Positions 36,280-47,500 of a stretch of DNA of 64,000 bases are shown here, one piece after another. The notes under the pieces were generated by a model. The model was not told the DNA's origin and searched no databases. It saw nothing but the letters and a program-made list of their open reading frames with translations. Source of the DNA: Azolla caroliniana (taxonomy: Eukaryota; Plantae; Polypodiophyta); the NCBI GenBank assembly GCA_043228905.1, contig JBHGNT010000010.1:5270001-5334000 (forward strand), given 5' to 3'. The translations under genes were made by a program, and so were the position numbers. How positions within the stretch are numbered: position 1 is the first letter of the stretch; each line of letters opens with the position of its first letter.

Positions 36280-37035
36280 TATGAACAAGTTTAGTCTTCG
36301 CGATGTTTTCACGTATCCGATTCTGTTCGCAGGTGAGGATTTCTGAGACAATCTGCCCACCTGGACGAATTAGTTCTAATATATGTCTTCCTCCTCATCT
36401 TCGACGAACTCTAAAACTTTAGGTTCGTCGTCCTTAGGTTGTTGCCATTTCTTGTATTTCTTATGTTCAGATTTTTCTTTTCGGGCAGACTTTGGCGGGG
36501 TCTCTGCTTGCATGACCATGAGTTCTCCTTTAATGTAAGGGCATAAACCGACAATCAAGTTGTTTTTTGTTTGAACATCTTTTTTTAGGGCTTTGTGGTG
36601 ATAGGAGTTTGTCACAAAATAACCTTCATCAACTCGAACCTTGTGCATTCCCCCTAAGCTCTCAACATCGAGCACTAGGTTAGGTGAATCATTATCTTCA
36701 TATTCAACATTCTTCATTTGGTTGTATGTGAAGGTCTTGCTCACTTGTATCTTGCCCTCAACTTTAGACTTTGCAAATACGAGGAGCAAGTTTCGCTCTT
36801 CTTTAGTATAAATCAATGTCCATTCCAAATTGAGGTAGCTCTTGAGGTGAGGCTCAATGGGCTTATCAGCCAATGTCTTCCTAGTGTTGCCTACTGATCA
36901 CTTCAATGTTCCATCACCTCCCAACTCAATTAAGGTTCTTTTGGAAGGCTCTTTTGGGACACTATCGAAAGACTTTTTGTTTGGGGAGGGAATCTTCAAT
37001 TAAAATGATGGAACCTTTTCACAAGGTTCATTGCA
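36280..37035 (-). pseudogene. Decayed upstream coding sequence, probably N-terminal exons of the same MTase-containing gene; domain not recognised
   Basis: 165-aa ORF 36376-36873 plus flanking coding-like sequence on the same strand, separated from the MTase exons by AT-rich intron-like gaps. Confidence 0.45.
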
Positions 37036-37232
37036 AACAGTAGGCAATAACATAATCATATGAAAATCTTATTGAAAATGCATATTAAAAGTTAAAAATA
37101 GGAAAAAAATTGTTAAAATCAATATAAAAGCCCTTAATTTTAATCCTAATTAGTATTTAAAGCACTAAAAAAATAGCCATTAAACTATCAATAAAAATTC
37201 TTTCAACCACACATTATGCATAAATTTGTGTT

Positions 37233-37510
37233 CTTTCAATGGGAACTCGATGTAGTGCAACGAGTTCCCATTGAAAGCCTATTGAATATATGGGAACTCG
37301 ATGCACTGCGTTGAGTTCCCATTGAAGGCCTATTTTTTTCATCGATTACTCGATGCGCTGCATCGAGTTCTCGTTGAAAGCCAAATGCATTCTACGTCGA
37401 TGCATTGCATTGAGTTCCCAATGAAAGCACTAGGCATTCAATGGGAACTCGATGCATTCCATCAAGTTCCCGCTGAATATATCGGAACTAGATTCAATGC
37501 TTCAAGTTCC
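37233..37510. repeat. Array of six degenerate ~29-bp palindromes, about 50-bp period
   Basis: Consensus GGGAACTCGATGCA-n-TGCATCGAGTTCCC at ~37241, 37291, 37348, 37396, 37443 and 37484; the first unit has perfect 17-bp arms (37233-37249 / 37261-37277). Confidence 0.9.
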
Positions 37511-38212
37511 GTTTGCAAAATCTAAATAAAAAAAGCATCTTTTTGGAATCTTTATGGAATCATAAAAATCGGTTAAAAGAAGATGCCTGGAAATTTTAAT
37601 TCCCTTGTTCATGGTGCTGGTGTTGAGTCGAGGTGACCGGGGAGACGAAAACTGAGAGTGCTAGTTAGTTTCTCTGCTCTTGAGCTCTTGAAAATCTTAA
37701 ATGCTATAATGACAATGAGAAGATGACTTTCCTTTATATAATAAATTTTTGTTTTCAATTTAGTAAAATTATTTTGGAATGTGGCTTATTATAGAAGAAA
37801 ATTTTCAACTATTTTCACTTATTCGATCTTAGTTGACCTTACTCAAGATGTCCTCAACATCGAGTAAAAATTCTCTACTTTTTGTTGAGCCTTTTATGTT
37901 ATCTGATAATTCATTATTCTCAACTGAGGAATATAACCATGTAAATATTAAATGGTGCCGTGTAGAGTCCAACAATGATATTGGGCAAAGTTCGAATTCA
38001 CTTTTTTCAATCGAGCCTTTTAACTTAGGTAGTCTTCAAAAAAATATAGTAGATACAAATAATGGAGAGGTTGATTTATTTAATGTTGACGAGGACTGCA
38101 TCAATCAACCTCTGAATTTTCGAAGAGTTCCCTGACAAGTGAGTGTTAAAAAAGATATAATTTTTTGTGTTCAAATCATCAAATTGCATTTGATACAAGA
38201 AAACCATGCATT

Positions 38213-38400
38213 GGATTTCATAAAGAGCCGAAGATTGGACTTCCTATGAAATTTCATGGAACGCGATCGCAATTCAGGGGATTCCTTAATCAGGTACGAT
38301 TAGTCCTCCAAATGCATCCTTCCCGATACCCCACTGATGCATCCCGAGTCGGCTTAATAGGCACGTTGCTTAGCGGCTCAGCCTTAGCATGGTTCGCTCC
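38213..38400 (+). mobile_element. Isolated ~190-bp gag fragment of the chromovirus family at a rearrangement junction
   Basis: Close but non-identical match to 4591-4778 (GFHKEPKIGLP.KF.GTRSQFRGFLNQ...LAWFAP). Confidence 0.92.
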
Positions 38401-41400
38401 TTCAACCTGGTTCGTTAGATCTTCCCGAGCCAGCACCAGATACCGCATCTGTCCTACCCCCATTGGCATCGTCACCAAATCCACCATCCACTTGAAGTGG
38501 ACAGTTGGAGGGTAGGTCGGGTGAAGCTCGTCCCGGTGTCGGATCATGGAGTGCATTTGGCAGCTTTTGCAAGTCGTCACGAACCGATGCATGTCCCGGT
38601 ATAGTCCCGACCACCAGTACTTCCCCTTTAGCTTTTCGAACATGGCCCACGTTCCACGGTGTCCAGCCCACGGGCTATTGTGGTACGCCGCCAGCAAATC
38701 CTCCTGTTCCCCCTTCTTCGCCACCACTCGGAGCGGGATGTTGTTCCTCTTCTTCGGGTGCTTCCAGATGTATCCATCCCGGAGAAAGAATCGGTAGGCT
38801 TTCTTCCGAATCCGGTTGGCCTCGTCCGTTGTCCATGCCGTGTCGGGTGTCATTGTTTTCAGGAACCCGCCGATTTGCAGCCACTCCCCGTCGTACTTGC
38901 TCTCGTCGAAGTCGTTAAGCGTTGGAGAGCATTCCCCGTTGGTTGTCATGTAAGCCGCCTCGAAGAAGTCCATGCCGACTTCCTCGTCCTCTGAAACCAT
39001 GCCGCCGTCGTTTTCGAACCTCGCCCTTGAAAGCATGTCGGCCATGGCGTTGTCTTTCCCGGAAATGTGTCGTATTTCCGGATTCAGGGACTTAATGTAC
39101 GTTATCCACCTGAGCATCGCCAGGTCCAGTGTCGCACATCCGGAAACCATGCCAAGAATTGGCAGGCAGTCCGTCTCGATAATTACCTCTGCCCCGATCA
39201 GGTAGTCTTTATTGGCCTTTACCGCCGAAACGATACCCCAGAGCTCGCGTTTAACCTGGGCGTATCCTCGTTGAGGACCTTCGCGCCGAACCGGATCGGG
39301 AAACGCATGCCGTCCTCGTCCTCCTGGTTGACGACCCATCCGATCCCGGTCGGACTCGTGTCTACCGTTACGTAAATTGGAGTGCTCTTTCCGTAGACAG
39401 CCTTTCGGAGCGTCGGAGCCGCGGCGAGTGCTTCCTTCATCTTCCGGACAGACTCCGTATGCTCGTCTTTCCAATCGAATCTTCGCCCCTTTTTCAGCAA
39501 CCTGTATAATGGCTCCGCGACGTGAGCGTAATGCGGGATCCATATGTGGTAGAACGCGCACGCTCCTAAGAACCTCCGAACCTCCGTGACCGAGCTACAA
39601 TCGTCCTTCATCGCGGAGATGGCTTCTACCTTAGCCGGAGACGGTTTCCGGCCGTATGACCCGCATAGGTGTCCGACGACCATGATCTCTGCTTGCCCGA
39701 AGGCCGATTTTCCACCGGAGAAGGTGAGCCTCGCGCCCTCCAACCTCTGTAGCACCTTCTCGTAGTCATCGATGTGTGTCGCCACGAATTTCCGGCACCC
39801 GTCCGGCCTGATCGTCTCGTCCCTTTCCTCCAAGGGCATCCCTTGATCGGGACGTCGTCCAGAAAAGGCATGGTGATGTCCGGGATACAATCCCTCAGCA
39901 CCTTGTTCATTGCGTTCACCATGTGAGCCACCGAGTTCGTCCCTCCTTGCGGTAGGGTACACATCCGTACTAGGCCGAGAGGAGTTCGCATTGTCGTGAT
40001 GTCTCTGCTCTCTATGGCTAGCTGGAACTGATCGTACCCCGAGTAGAGATCACCGACCGAGTAAATCGACCTTCCGGCGAAGGCCTCTGCGAACTCGTCT
40101 ATTGTCGGTCCGATTCCTGCGTTTTGAATGGTCACCTTGTTGACCGGCTGCAGGTCTTGAATAAAGTGCAACGTGCCGTCCTTCTTCGGCATGGTAAACC
40201 ACCGATTCGAGTATGGGGCGCTCGACGGTTCGAGGATTCCCATCTCGACCTTCTGCTTTAACAGCTCCATCAGCTTCGGAATGTGAGCTCTGGGTACTGG
40301 AATCGGTTTGAGACTCCACGGCACATGCGGTACCGTGAATATCACCATCGGTTCCACGACTGTCGGGTCTACGCACCCGATCTCCTCCGGTGAGAATGCG
40401 AAAGCCTTCCCGTGCCTTCTGAGCATTCCCCGAATTCCGCCTGCAGTAGGAAGCCGCCCCACCGATTTTGAGCTCGTGTAGCGTTATGTCGGTGAACGTG
40501 TGTTCTATGCGGGCCGGATTTCGTAAACTCGGGTCCGACGCAACCCCCTTTATTCGTAACTCGCTGCCCTTCGGCAAGGGAGCTGCGTCTGGCCTCACCT
40601 TCTAGTCCACAGTCTTGTACCTCGTGTCCACCCGGGCCATCTGACCCGACTCGAGCCCTCTACTGAAGTCCGCGATGACTTCGTACATCCTTTCCGAACA
40701 TACCAGAATCGTCCGGTCCTCTTTAAGGACTCCTCCGACTACCTCTCGCAGCTCCCCCAAGGTATCGTCGAAAGAGACCGCCTCCACGGCTCCGTTTATT
40801 TCCTCCCCAAGGCCGAGGACGCCACATACCCGAAGTCGCTCCTCCGCCCTTTTCTTCTTCCGTCCAACAACGTCAACTATCGTACACCCTCCGTTGTCGA
40901 AGAACCAAAATTTCCTACTTATAGTACAGGGTTTCTTCGCTATCTTACACTTGTGGGGTTCTCCCGGAGTGTCCGGATTATCGCGGCCCCACGCCTTGAT
41001 AGCCCTCTTCAAAAATCCTCTCGGCTTTCGCCCCCGAGGGTCTCGCGGTTCCTCTCATGGTTCGGTCTCACCGTCAGGAACTGGACCGAGTGGCGCCCAT
41101 CTTGGCTCTTGACCCTCGCATAGGCCGAGCCGTTGTCCAACACCTTGGTCTCCATTCGTGCTGTCGTGATGTACGGTTCTCCGAGTATAACCGGATGTGA
41201 GGACGTCTCCTGTACGAAGAAGTGCTGGTCAATCTCGACATCGCCGATCTTTACTTGTACATTCGGACAGGCTCCATGCAGTTCCTCGGTGGCACGCGTT
41301 GCCGCCCGTATTTTCCACCCGTGCTTGCTGTTGATCGGCCATTTCCCCTTCTTAAAGAAGTCCATGGACATCAAATTGATTTCTGAACCGTGGTCCACCA

Positions 41401-43784
41401 ACGCCACCACCGGTTCATGAACATCTCCGATCTTCACGGGGGTCTCCGTGGTCGCTCTGGTCCAGTGCGGCCTCGAATAGTGGCTCTCCGCCAACTCGTC
41501 TTTCAGCACCATGTCCTCTATGTGCGTCGTCCGCACCTCCACCGGCTTCTCCGGTTCTGTCTCCGTCGACAGCCTCTTCCTCTTCACCTAGTCTTCGATG
41601 GAGTCGTGGAACTCCTTCTTGGTGATCCCGAGCACTTCCCTTAGCGATAGCTCCACCTTGCTGTCGAGGATTCGTTCTTCCAGGACCTTTCGCAGGTCCG
41701 TGGATCTTTCGATTTCTGTGCCCAGCCGGTACCCGCCCTTCTTGGGATTATCTTGGGCGCCGGTTACAACGGCCTCATTCCGTCTTTGCCCGAATCGAGT
41801 TTCGTATCGCTGTGAGGGCCCGGCCCCTCCGGTTTTCCCTACCAGCTTGTCCTCCACCAGAGCCTCGTAGTTTTGACAAGCGGCTTCAACGAAGCTTGTC
41901 TTTTCTTCCACCGGGTCACTCCACCCGGTTACCTCCCGGACCCGTTTTTCCGCGCGGTCCACCTCTTCTTTCCTCAGCCGTGCGCCGGCGAGGCCTTCCA
42001 GCATCGTCAGCCAGAACCCGGCTTTGTTCATCTTCGGGAGCTCGCCACCTCCGACCTGAACACCAGCTGACGCCGAGTAGTGGACGGTCTTCACGTGACA
42101 AACCGCCGCCTCCTCCATCAGCCTTTTCATACCCCCTTGCCCGATGTTCAGGTTCAGGGCCCTTTGGGTCTCGCTGGCGTGCACCCGACCGTTCCACAGG
42201 TACACCACGTTGCTTCTCATCGCCTCGACGAAGTCCCCGCAGTCCTTTCGGATGTGCCCAACCGCGTGACACCACATGCACATGTTTTCAGCCAGAGGTC
42301 ATCGGTCACGGGCTTGTTCGCCACCATCCCTCCGTGCCTGGGCGATCTGGAGATCCCTTACCATCCACGTCAGCTCCTCCAGAGCTGCTCCCCCGGACGA
42401 GCCCTTGACCACGCTGGTTGAAGCCGACCCGGTCTCAAGCCAATCTCGGGTCTCTTCCCTTCGCATTGGTGGTGTTGGCTTGAGCTTCTTTGCTGCGACA
42501 GAGCCCACCCCCGTCGACCCTTTGTCAACCCATTCCCGCCGTTTGTCGAAACAGCCACATACCCTTTTCACCACGGCCCAGTCGGCCGTCAGCCCGTCAT
42601 CAGTCTCCAATAGGAGGCCTACCTGCTCCCGATCCTGCTCGTCAACCGACTTAACGAACAATAGGACACGACTTGTGTCCAGAACGGTCCGGTCAAGCAC
42701 CGAGAGGCGCGCGAAGCATTCCTCAAACTCCCGAAGGAGCACTGATGCGTTCCTTCCTTTGTCGGGGGTCTCCACCCACTCCATGAAGTCCCGCTTCGAA
42801 AGTCGAAGCGCATCTTCAAGCCTGTATCTTTCGAGGAGCCGACCTTCGAACTCCTCCCAGGTCCGGCTCTCGGCCCGTACCTCGAGCACCTCCGTATGGA
42901 TACCCGGCATCGCCACTCGAGGGAATCCGGCCAGACGCCTCTCTTCCGAGATGTCCCTCATTACCATCTCAGCCCGGTAGGACGCCAAGTAGCTTGTGGC
43001 ATCCTTTCCACTAAACCGGCCGATCGTATCGACAACCACCTCGATAGCCCTATCAAGGGCGCTGGTGCCTTCGCGTGCACTCATTATACGGTCTACAGCC
43101 GAAGCCATGGCTTCTGCGAGGTCCGACCCCCTCATCTTCTACTCCTCTGCCGCCTGTTCACGTCGGGTTCACCAAATATGTCACGTTGTTACGCGCGTGC
43201 GTGGAGAACAAGGCGGGACCACTGGGGTCTTGAACCGAGGAATAGGTGAAGAGAGAGAGAGAGAGAGAGGCTCACTCACGTATAGACAAAGAAGCGTACG
43301 GAGACGCGGCACAACAACACGGGAGACACAAGTTGAGAACACTAGAGTATGTATGTAAATATAGGCATGTATTTGTAAGTATGCAGACGAATCGGACGGT
43401 TACAGCCGACCAGGTTGGCAAGGTGGATGCCGACGCCTGATCACCCACGCACACAGGAGAGCAAGATGGAGATTCTGCCGGAAGCACACGGGCGTTCCAC
43501 GGAGCAGAATCAGCCTCCTGAGAGCCTGCGCAAAAGAGAGCTATGGAGAACGACAGAGAAGAAGAGCTCGGTCCCAGTCCGACAGCACTTCGTTCCCTCT
43601 AGTGTGCGATCCCCCCTTCTCCCCCTCGTCTTCCTCTCTTTTATATCTCAAGGAGGGAGACCGTTTCACCCGTTTACATCACATTAATTCTCTATCCTTT
43701 CAGACAGAGATACTCCTCGATTTCCCCTATAGAATATTGCTACCTAGGATTTAACCCTTGCGCCTACCTATCTACTTTGCGACA
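38401..43784 (-). mobile_element. 3'-truncated Ty3/gypsy element with tRNA-Trp PBS; 5' LTR 43179-43784
   Basis: LTR TGTC...GACA, PBS TGGTGAACCCGACGTGA (43174-43158), gag with CMWCHAVGHIRKDC, PR LVDHGSEIN, RT FLDDVPIKG, RNase H VDTS, integrase HHCC cut off at 38401. Confidence 0.92.
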
Positions 43785-44000
43785 AGGGACGTTCCCACGT
43801 GTAAGGGCCGGTTCACACACATTATACACGGTTTGCGCCTGGGGACGGTTTTCTTCACGACACCGTAAGGTATTATTGGATGATTGGCCTGAGCTTTTTG
43901 CCTGCTTGGTACGCATGCAAGCCTTCCCTTAACGTCGGCCCTATGATGACCCCCAGTCGACTGTACGCCCCTCAAAGGTGTCGATAATGATGCTTGCCTT

Positions 44001-44543
44001 CTATTTAGGCATCCCGTAAGCGTTGACATGGACGCAACCTACTTCTAGTAGGAACTTGGCAACTTCATGGAAGAAGGGATCCAGAATCTGTTTTGTTCTA
44101 TAGGCTTTGGCGGAGGATGAGTATGGACCAAAATACCACTGCAGCTCCTCTGTAGGAGGTATTTCGAAATGTCTTTCGCCTAGTGAGGATAAGTCTAACT
44201 TCTTCCGAATGGAAGAGTTGGTGACCGTGTCGATGTTAAGCCGCCTGACGATGTCCATGGCGTCCGGGTGCGGAGGTGCTTCTGCGACCCGAATGTAACC
44301 ATCTAGGTGCTTCTCCACGAGCCATCGGCGTAGGGCAGTAGAGATGAAGATCGACATCGCCAGAGTAGGTTCGTGGAGAGGAGACGGGTAGCAGTGGTGA
44401 GTTGGAGCTCTGAGATGTGATGGGGAAGAAGGTGAGGAGGAGTGATGGGAGTGCTGATAGCTAGACGTTGTGTTTCTGCTTTGTGCAGAAAACCTTCTAT
44501 TTCCTTCTTTTTGTGGCTTAGGGTTCATTGGGTGGTGAGCCAT
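44001..44543 (-). CDS. Additional sense-strand ORF downstream of integrase in the Athila/Tat-like element, truncated; function unknown
   Basis: 180-aa ORF starting about 150 bp after the integrase stop; probably continues frameshifted into 43785-44029. Confidence 0.55.
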   Translation of the reverse strand: MAHHPMNPKPQKEGNRRFSAQSRNTTSSYQHSHHSSSPSSPSHLRAPTHHCYPSPLHEPTLAMSIFISTALRRWLVEKHLDGYIRVAEAPPHPDAMDIVRRLNIDTVTNSSIRKKLDLSSLGERHFEIPPTEELQWYFGPYSSSAKAYRTKQILDPFFHEVAKFLLEVGCVHVNAYGMPK

Positions 44544-47500
44544 CGTGGTGCCGTGTGTTCTTGAACTAGGAGTTTGTGCATGCGTTTAGTCATTTTAATA
44601 GTCACTATCTTCTCTTTTTTTTCATTTTCTTTTTTCATAATGGCTAGTTACCCCCTATTTTTACATTATAGTACAATTGGACCTGTCCCTTTTATGCTGC
44701 GGGTTCTCCGGCTTTGTCCCGTTCGACGGTGAATGGGTTAGGTGGCGTAGGGCCTAGGTAAGGTTTGAGCCGAAACCCATTCACTTTTTGCCGTACTATT
44801 TCTCTAGCCAGTGTTCCTAGTTGGAACGTGCCCTGTTCCGCTCCAATTATCCAGTATGGGCCGGTCCAGCGGAAACGTAGCTTACCCGGCATCTGGCCCA
44901 TGGTGTTTGAAAAACTAGCACCGCTCGGCCCACGGCGAACTCCTTCTCCCTTGCGCTCCGATATCGATCGACAAATGCTTTACGCCGTCGTTGTTCTTCT
45001 TCCAACACAGCCATGCTGTGGACGCATTTCTCCCCTAGTTCGACGAGTTGGTAGAGCCGTTCCTCCTCTGACTTGGCTTCTAATAATTGGTTCCGTACCT
45101 AAATGCGCAAACTAGGTACTCGAAATTCGACCGGCATCACAGCTTCTAGTCCAAACGCTAGCCGGAACGGTGTTGACAGTATGCTTGTTTTGTAACTAGT
45201 TCTGTACGCCCACAACGCACTCTGGAGTTTGGTATCCCAGTCCGTTCTATTTTCATTGACGGTTTTCTTCAAAATGGTCTGTAAAGTTTTGTTCGTGGAT
45301 TCCGCTAATCCATTCGCCTGCAGGTAGTATGGCGTGCTTTTCTTGTGGACGACTGCGTAATGTTGTGTTAGTTCTCGAACCACCGTATTGAGGAAGTGGC
45401 TCCCCTGGTCACTGATGAGCTCAATCGGGCAGCCGAACCGGCACCAGATGTGCTCGTACAGAAATTTGGCTGTGATGGCCGCCATATTTTCTCGTAGTGC
45501 CTTTGCTTCTACCCATTTGGTACAGTAATCCGTGGCTACCAATATGTATTTGTTGCCTGTACGGGCTGCTGCTAGTGTGAAGGGCCCCACAAAATCCAAT
45601 CCCCAGTTTTGGAAGGGGTCCAGCGGTAATATGGGCTGGTGTGGCATCCTTGCGTCCTCCGCGGGCTGACCCATTCGTTGGCACAAATCACACTTTCTAC
45701 AATACTCGGATGCGTCCTTCTACGTTGTTGGCCACCATAAGCCCGCTTGCCATACTTTGCGGGCTGTCACGTTGCCCGTGTAATGGCCGTCGGCCGTGCC
45801 GCAGTGTGCCTCCCGTAAAACTGCTTCTTTTTCATCCTGACGGACTCCTTTGTGATATAAATACCCTTCGACTAGGCAGAAGTGACGGCTTTGAACGACT
45901 AGTCGTTTCTTCTCGTTTGTGCGTAATTGTGGTGGAGGTAGTCCTGTAGTAAAAAAGTACGTCATTTCCATAAGCCATCGATCCGGAAAGGTGGATTCCG
46001 TTTTTTCTGCAATTGTCGCTACTCGCCATATGTCGGCGTCTAGAAAATTGTCGTCGTCTTTCTGTACTGTTTCTCCATTCTCAAGTCTGCTCAGAAAATC
46101 TGCCACTGCATGTTGCGTCCCTGGCCGGTGTTGAATTACGAACTCGAATTCCTAGAGCAGCAACATCCACCGCGCCAATTTCCCTGTCAAGGCTTGTTTC
46201 TCTACCAAATACAATAATGCCGAATGATCCACATGGAACGTGAATTTCCGTCCTAGTAAATAATGTCGGAATTTATTGATGCTATAGATAATCCCTAGCG
46301 CCTCCCGCTCTGTTGTGGAATAGTTACGCTCTACTGTTGATAATTTACGACTTGCGTAGTATACTGGCCTGTACCAGTTTGGTTCGGTGAGTTGCATTAG
46401 CGCGCTTCCTATTGCTATGTCTAAGGCGTCGACAAACACGTGGAATGGCTTCGCCCAAACTGGAGGTTGTACTACGGGGGCCTGTGTGAGCATTATCTTA
46501 AGTGCCTCATAGGCCTTATCCTCTGTTGCAATCCATTGGAAAGGAGTCCGATGTACGGCAACGTGTAGTGGCGTGGCGAAGTCCGCCAAATACCGTATCA
46601 TCCGACTATGCCACCGTATTTGGCCCAGAAATCGGCTAAATGCTTTGGCATTTGTCAGAGTTTTAGCTTGTGTAATAGCAAAGATATTGTTTGGGTCAAC
46701 CGTTATTCCTTCCTTGCTGACTATGTGGCCTAGGAGAGTCCCGCTGGTCACGCCAAAGGCACATTTCGCGGGATTCAGGCTTAAGCGTGCGGTGCGGCAA
46801 CGTTCCAGGCAGAGACGTCAGTGCGAGAAATGGGCTTTTGTTCGCCCATATACCGCAAAATCGTCTAAAAATACTTGCATGAACGCCAGAATGTATTCCC
46901 CAAAGATCTCCGTAATCGTTCGTTGGAATGTTGCCGGTGTTGTCTTTAGCCCGAACATCATGACGACCGCCACATATACTCCCCAATTTGTGACAAATGT
47001 CGTCTTCTCCTGGTCGTCGGGGTGCATGCGTACTTGGTTATAGCCACTGAAGCCATCTAAGAAACTGTACATCTCATGGCCTGCGACGGCGTCCAGCACG
47101 CTATCGGTGAAGGGTAAGGGAAATGCGTCTGTAATGGTTACAGCGTTTAATTTACATTAATCCACGCATACCCGTATTTTGCCGTTTTTCTTTGGGACAA
47201 CCACTATCGGGCTAAGCCATGTCTCTTTTTTTACTGGCCGTATGAACCCAGCCCTCAGCAGCTTGTCAATTTCTTCTTTCATGTAGGTCATGTAATTGGG
47301 GTTCATGCAGTAGCGACACTGCTAGACAGGTTTCGCGTCCGTTGCTAAATTGATCTTATGCTGATAGAACTTGGGATCTAACTGTAGGGAATGAACAAGG
47401 CCGTCAGTGCGGAAGAGATCACACAGTATGAATCTGTGAGGAAGAAATACATGCGTATGAGAGAAGAAAGAAGAAAATACGCAGAGAGAGAGAGACACAC

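Noticed and set aside
37233-37510. Palindromic repeats with spacers resembling a CRISPR array
   Set aside because: Repeats are degenerate, spacers are short and similar to each other (ttgaaagcc), there are no cas genes, and the context is eukaryotic.
38290-39561. 423-aa ORF as a novel fusion protein
   Set aside because: Frameshifted RNase H/integrase running into antisense gag filler across a breakpoint.
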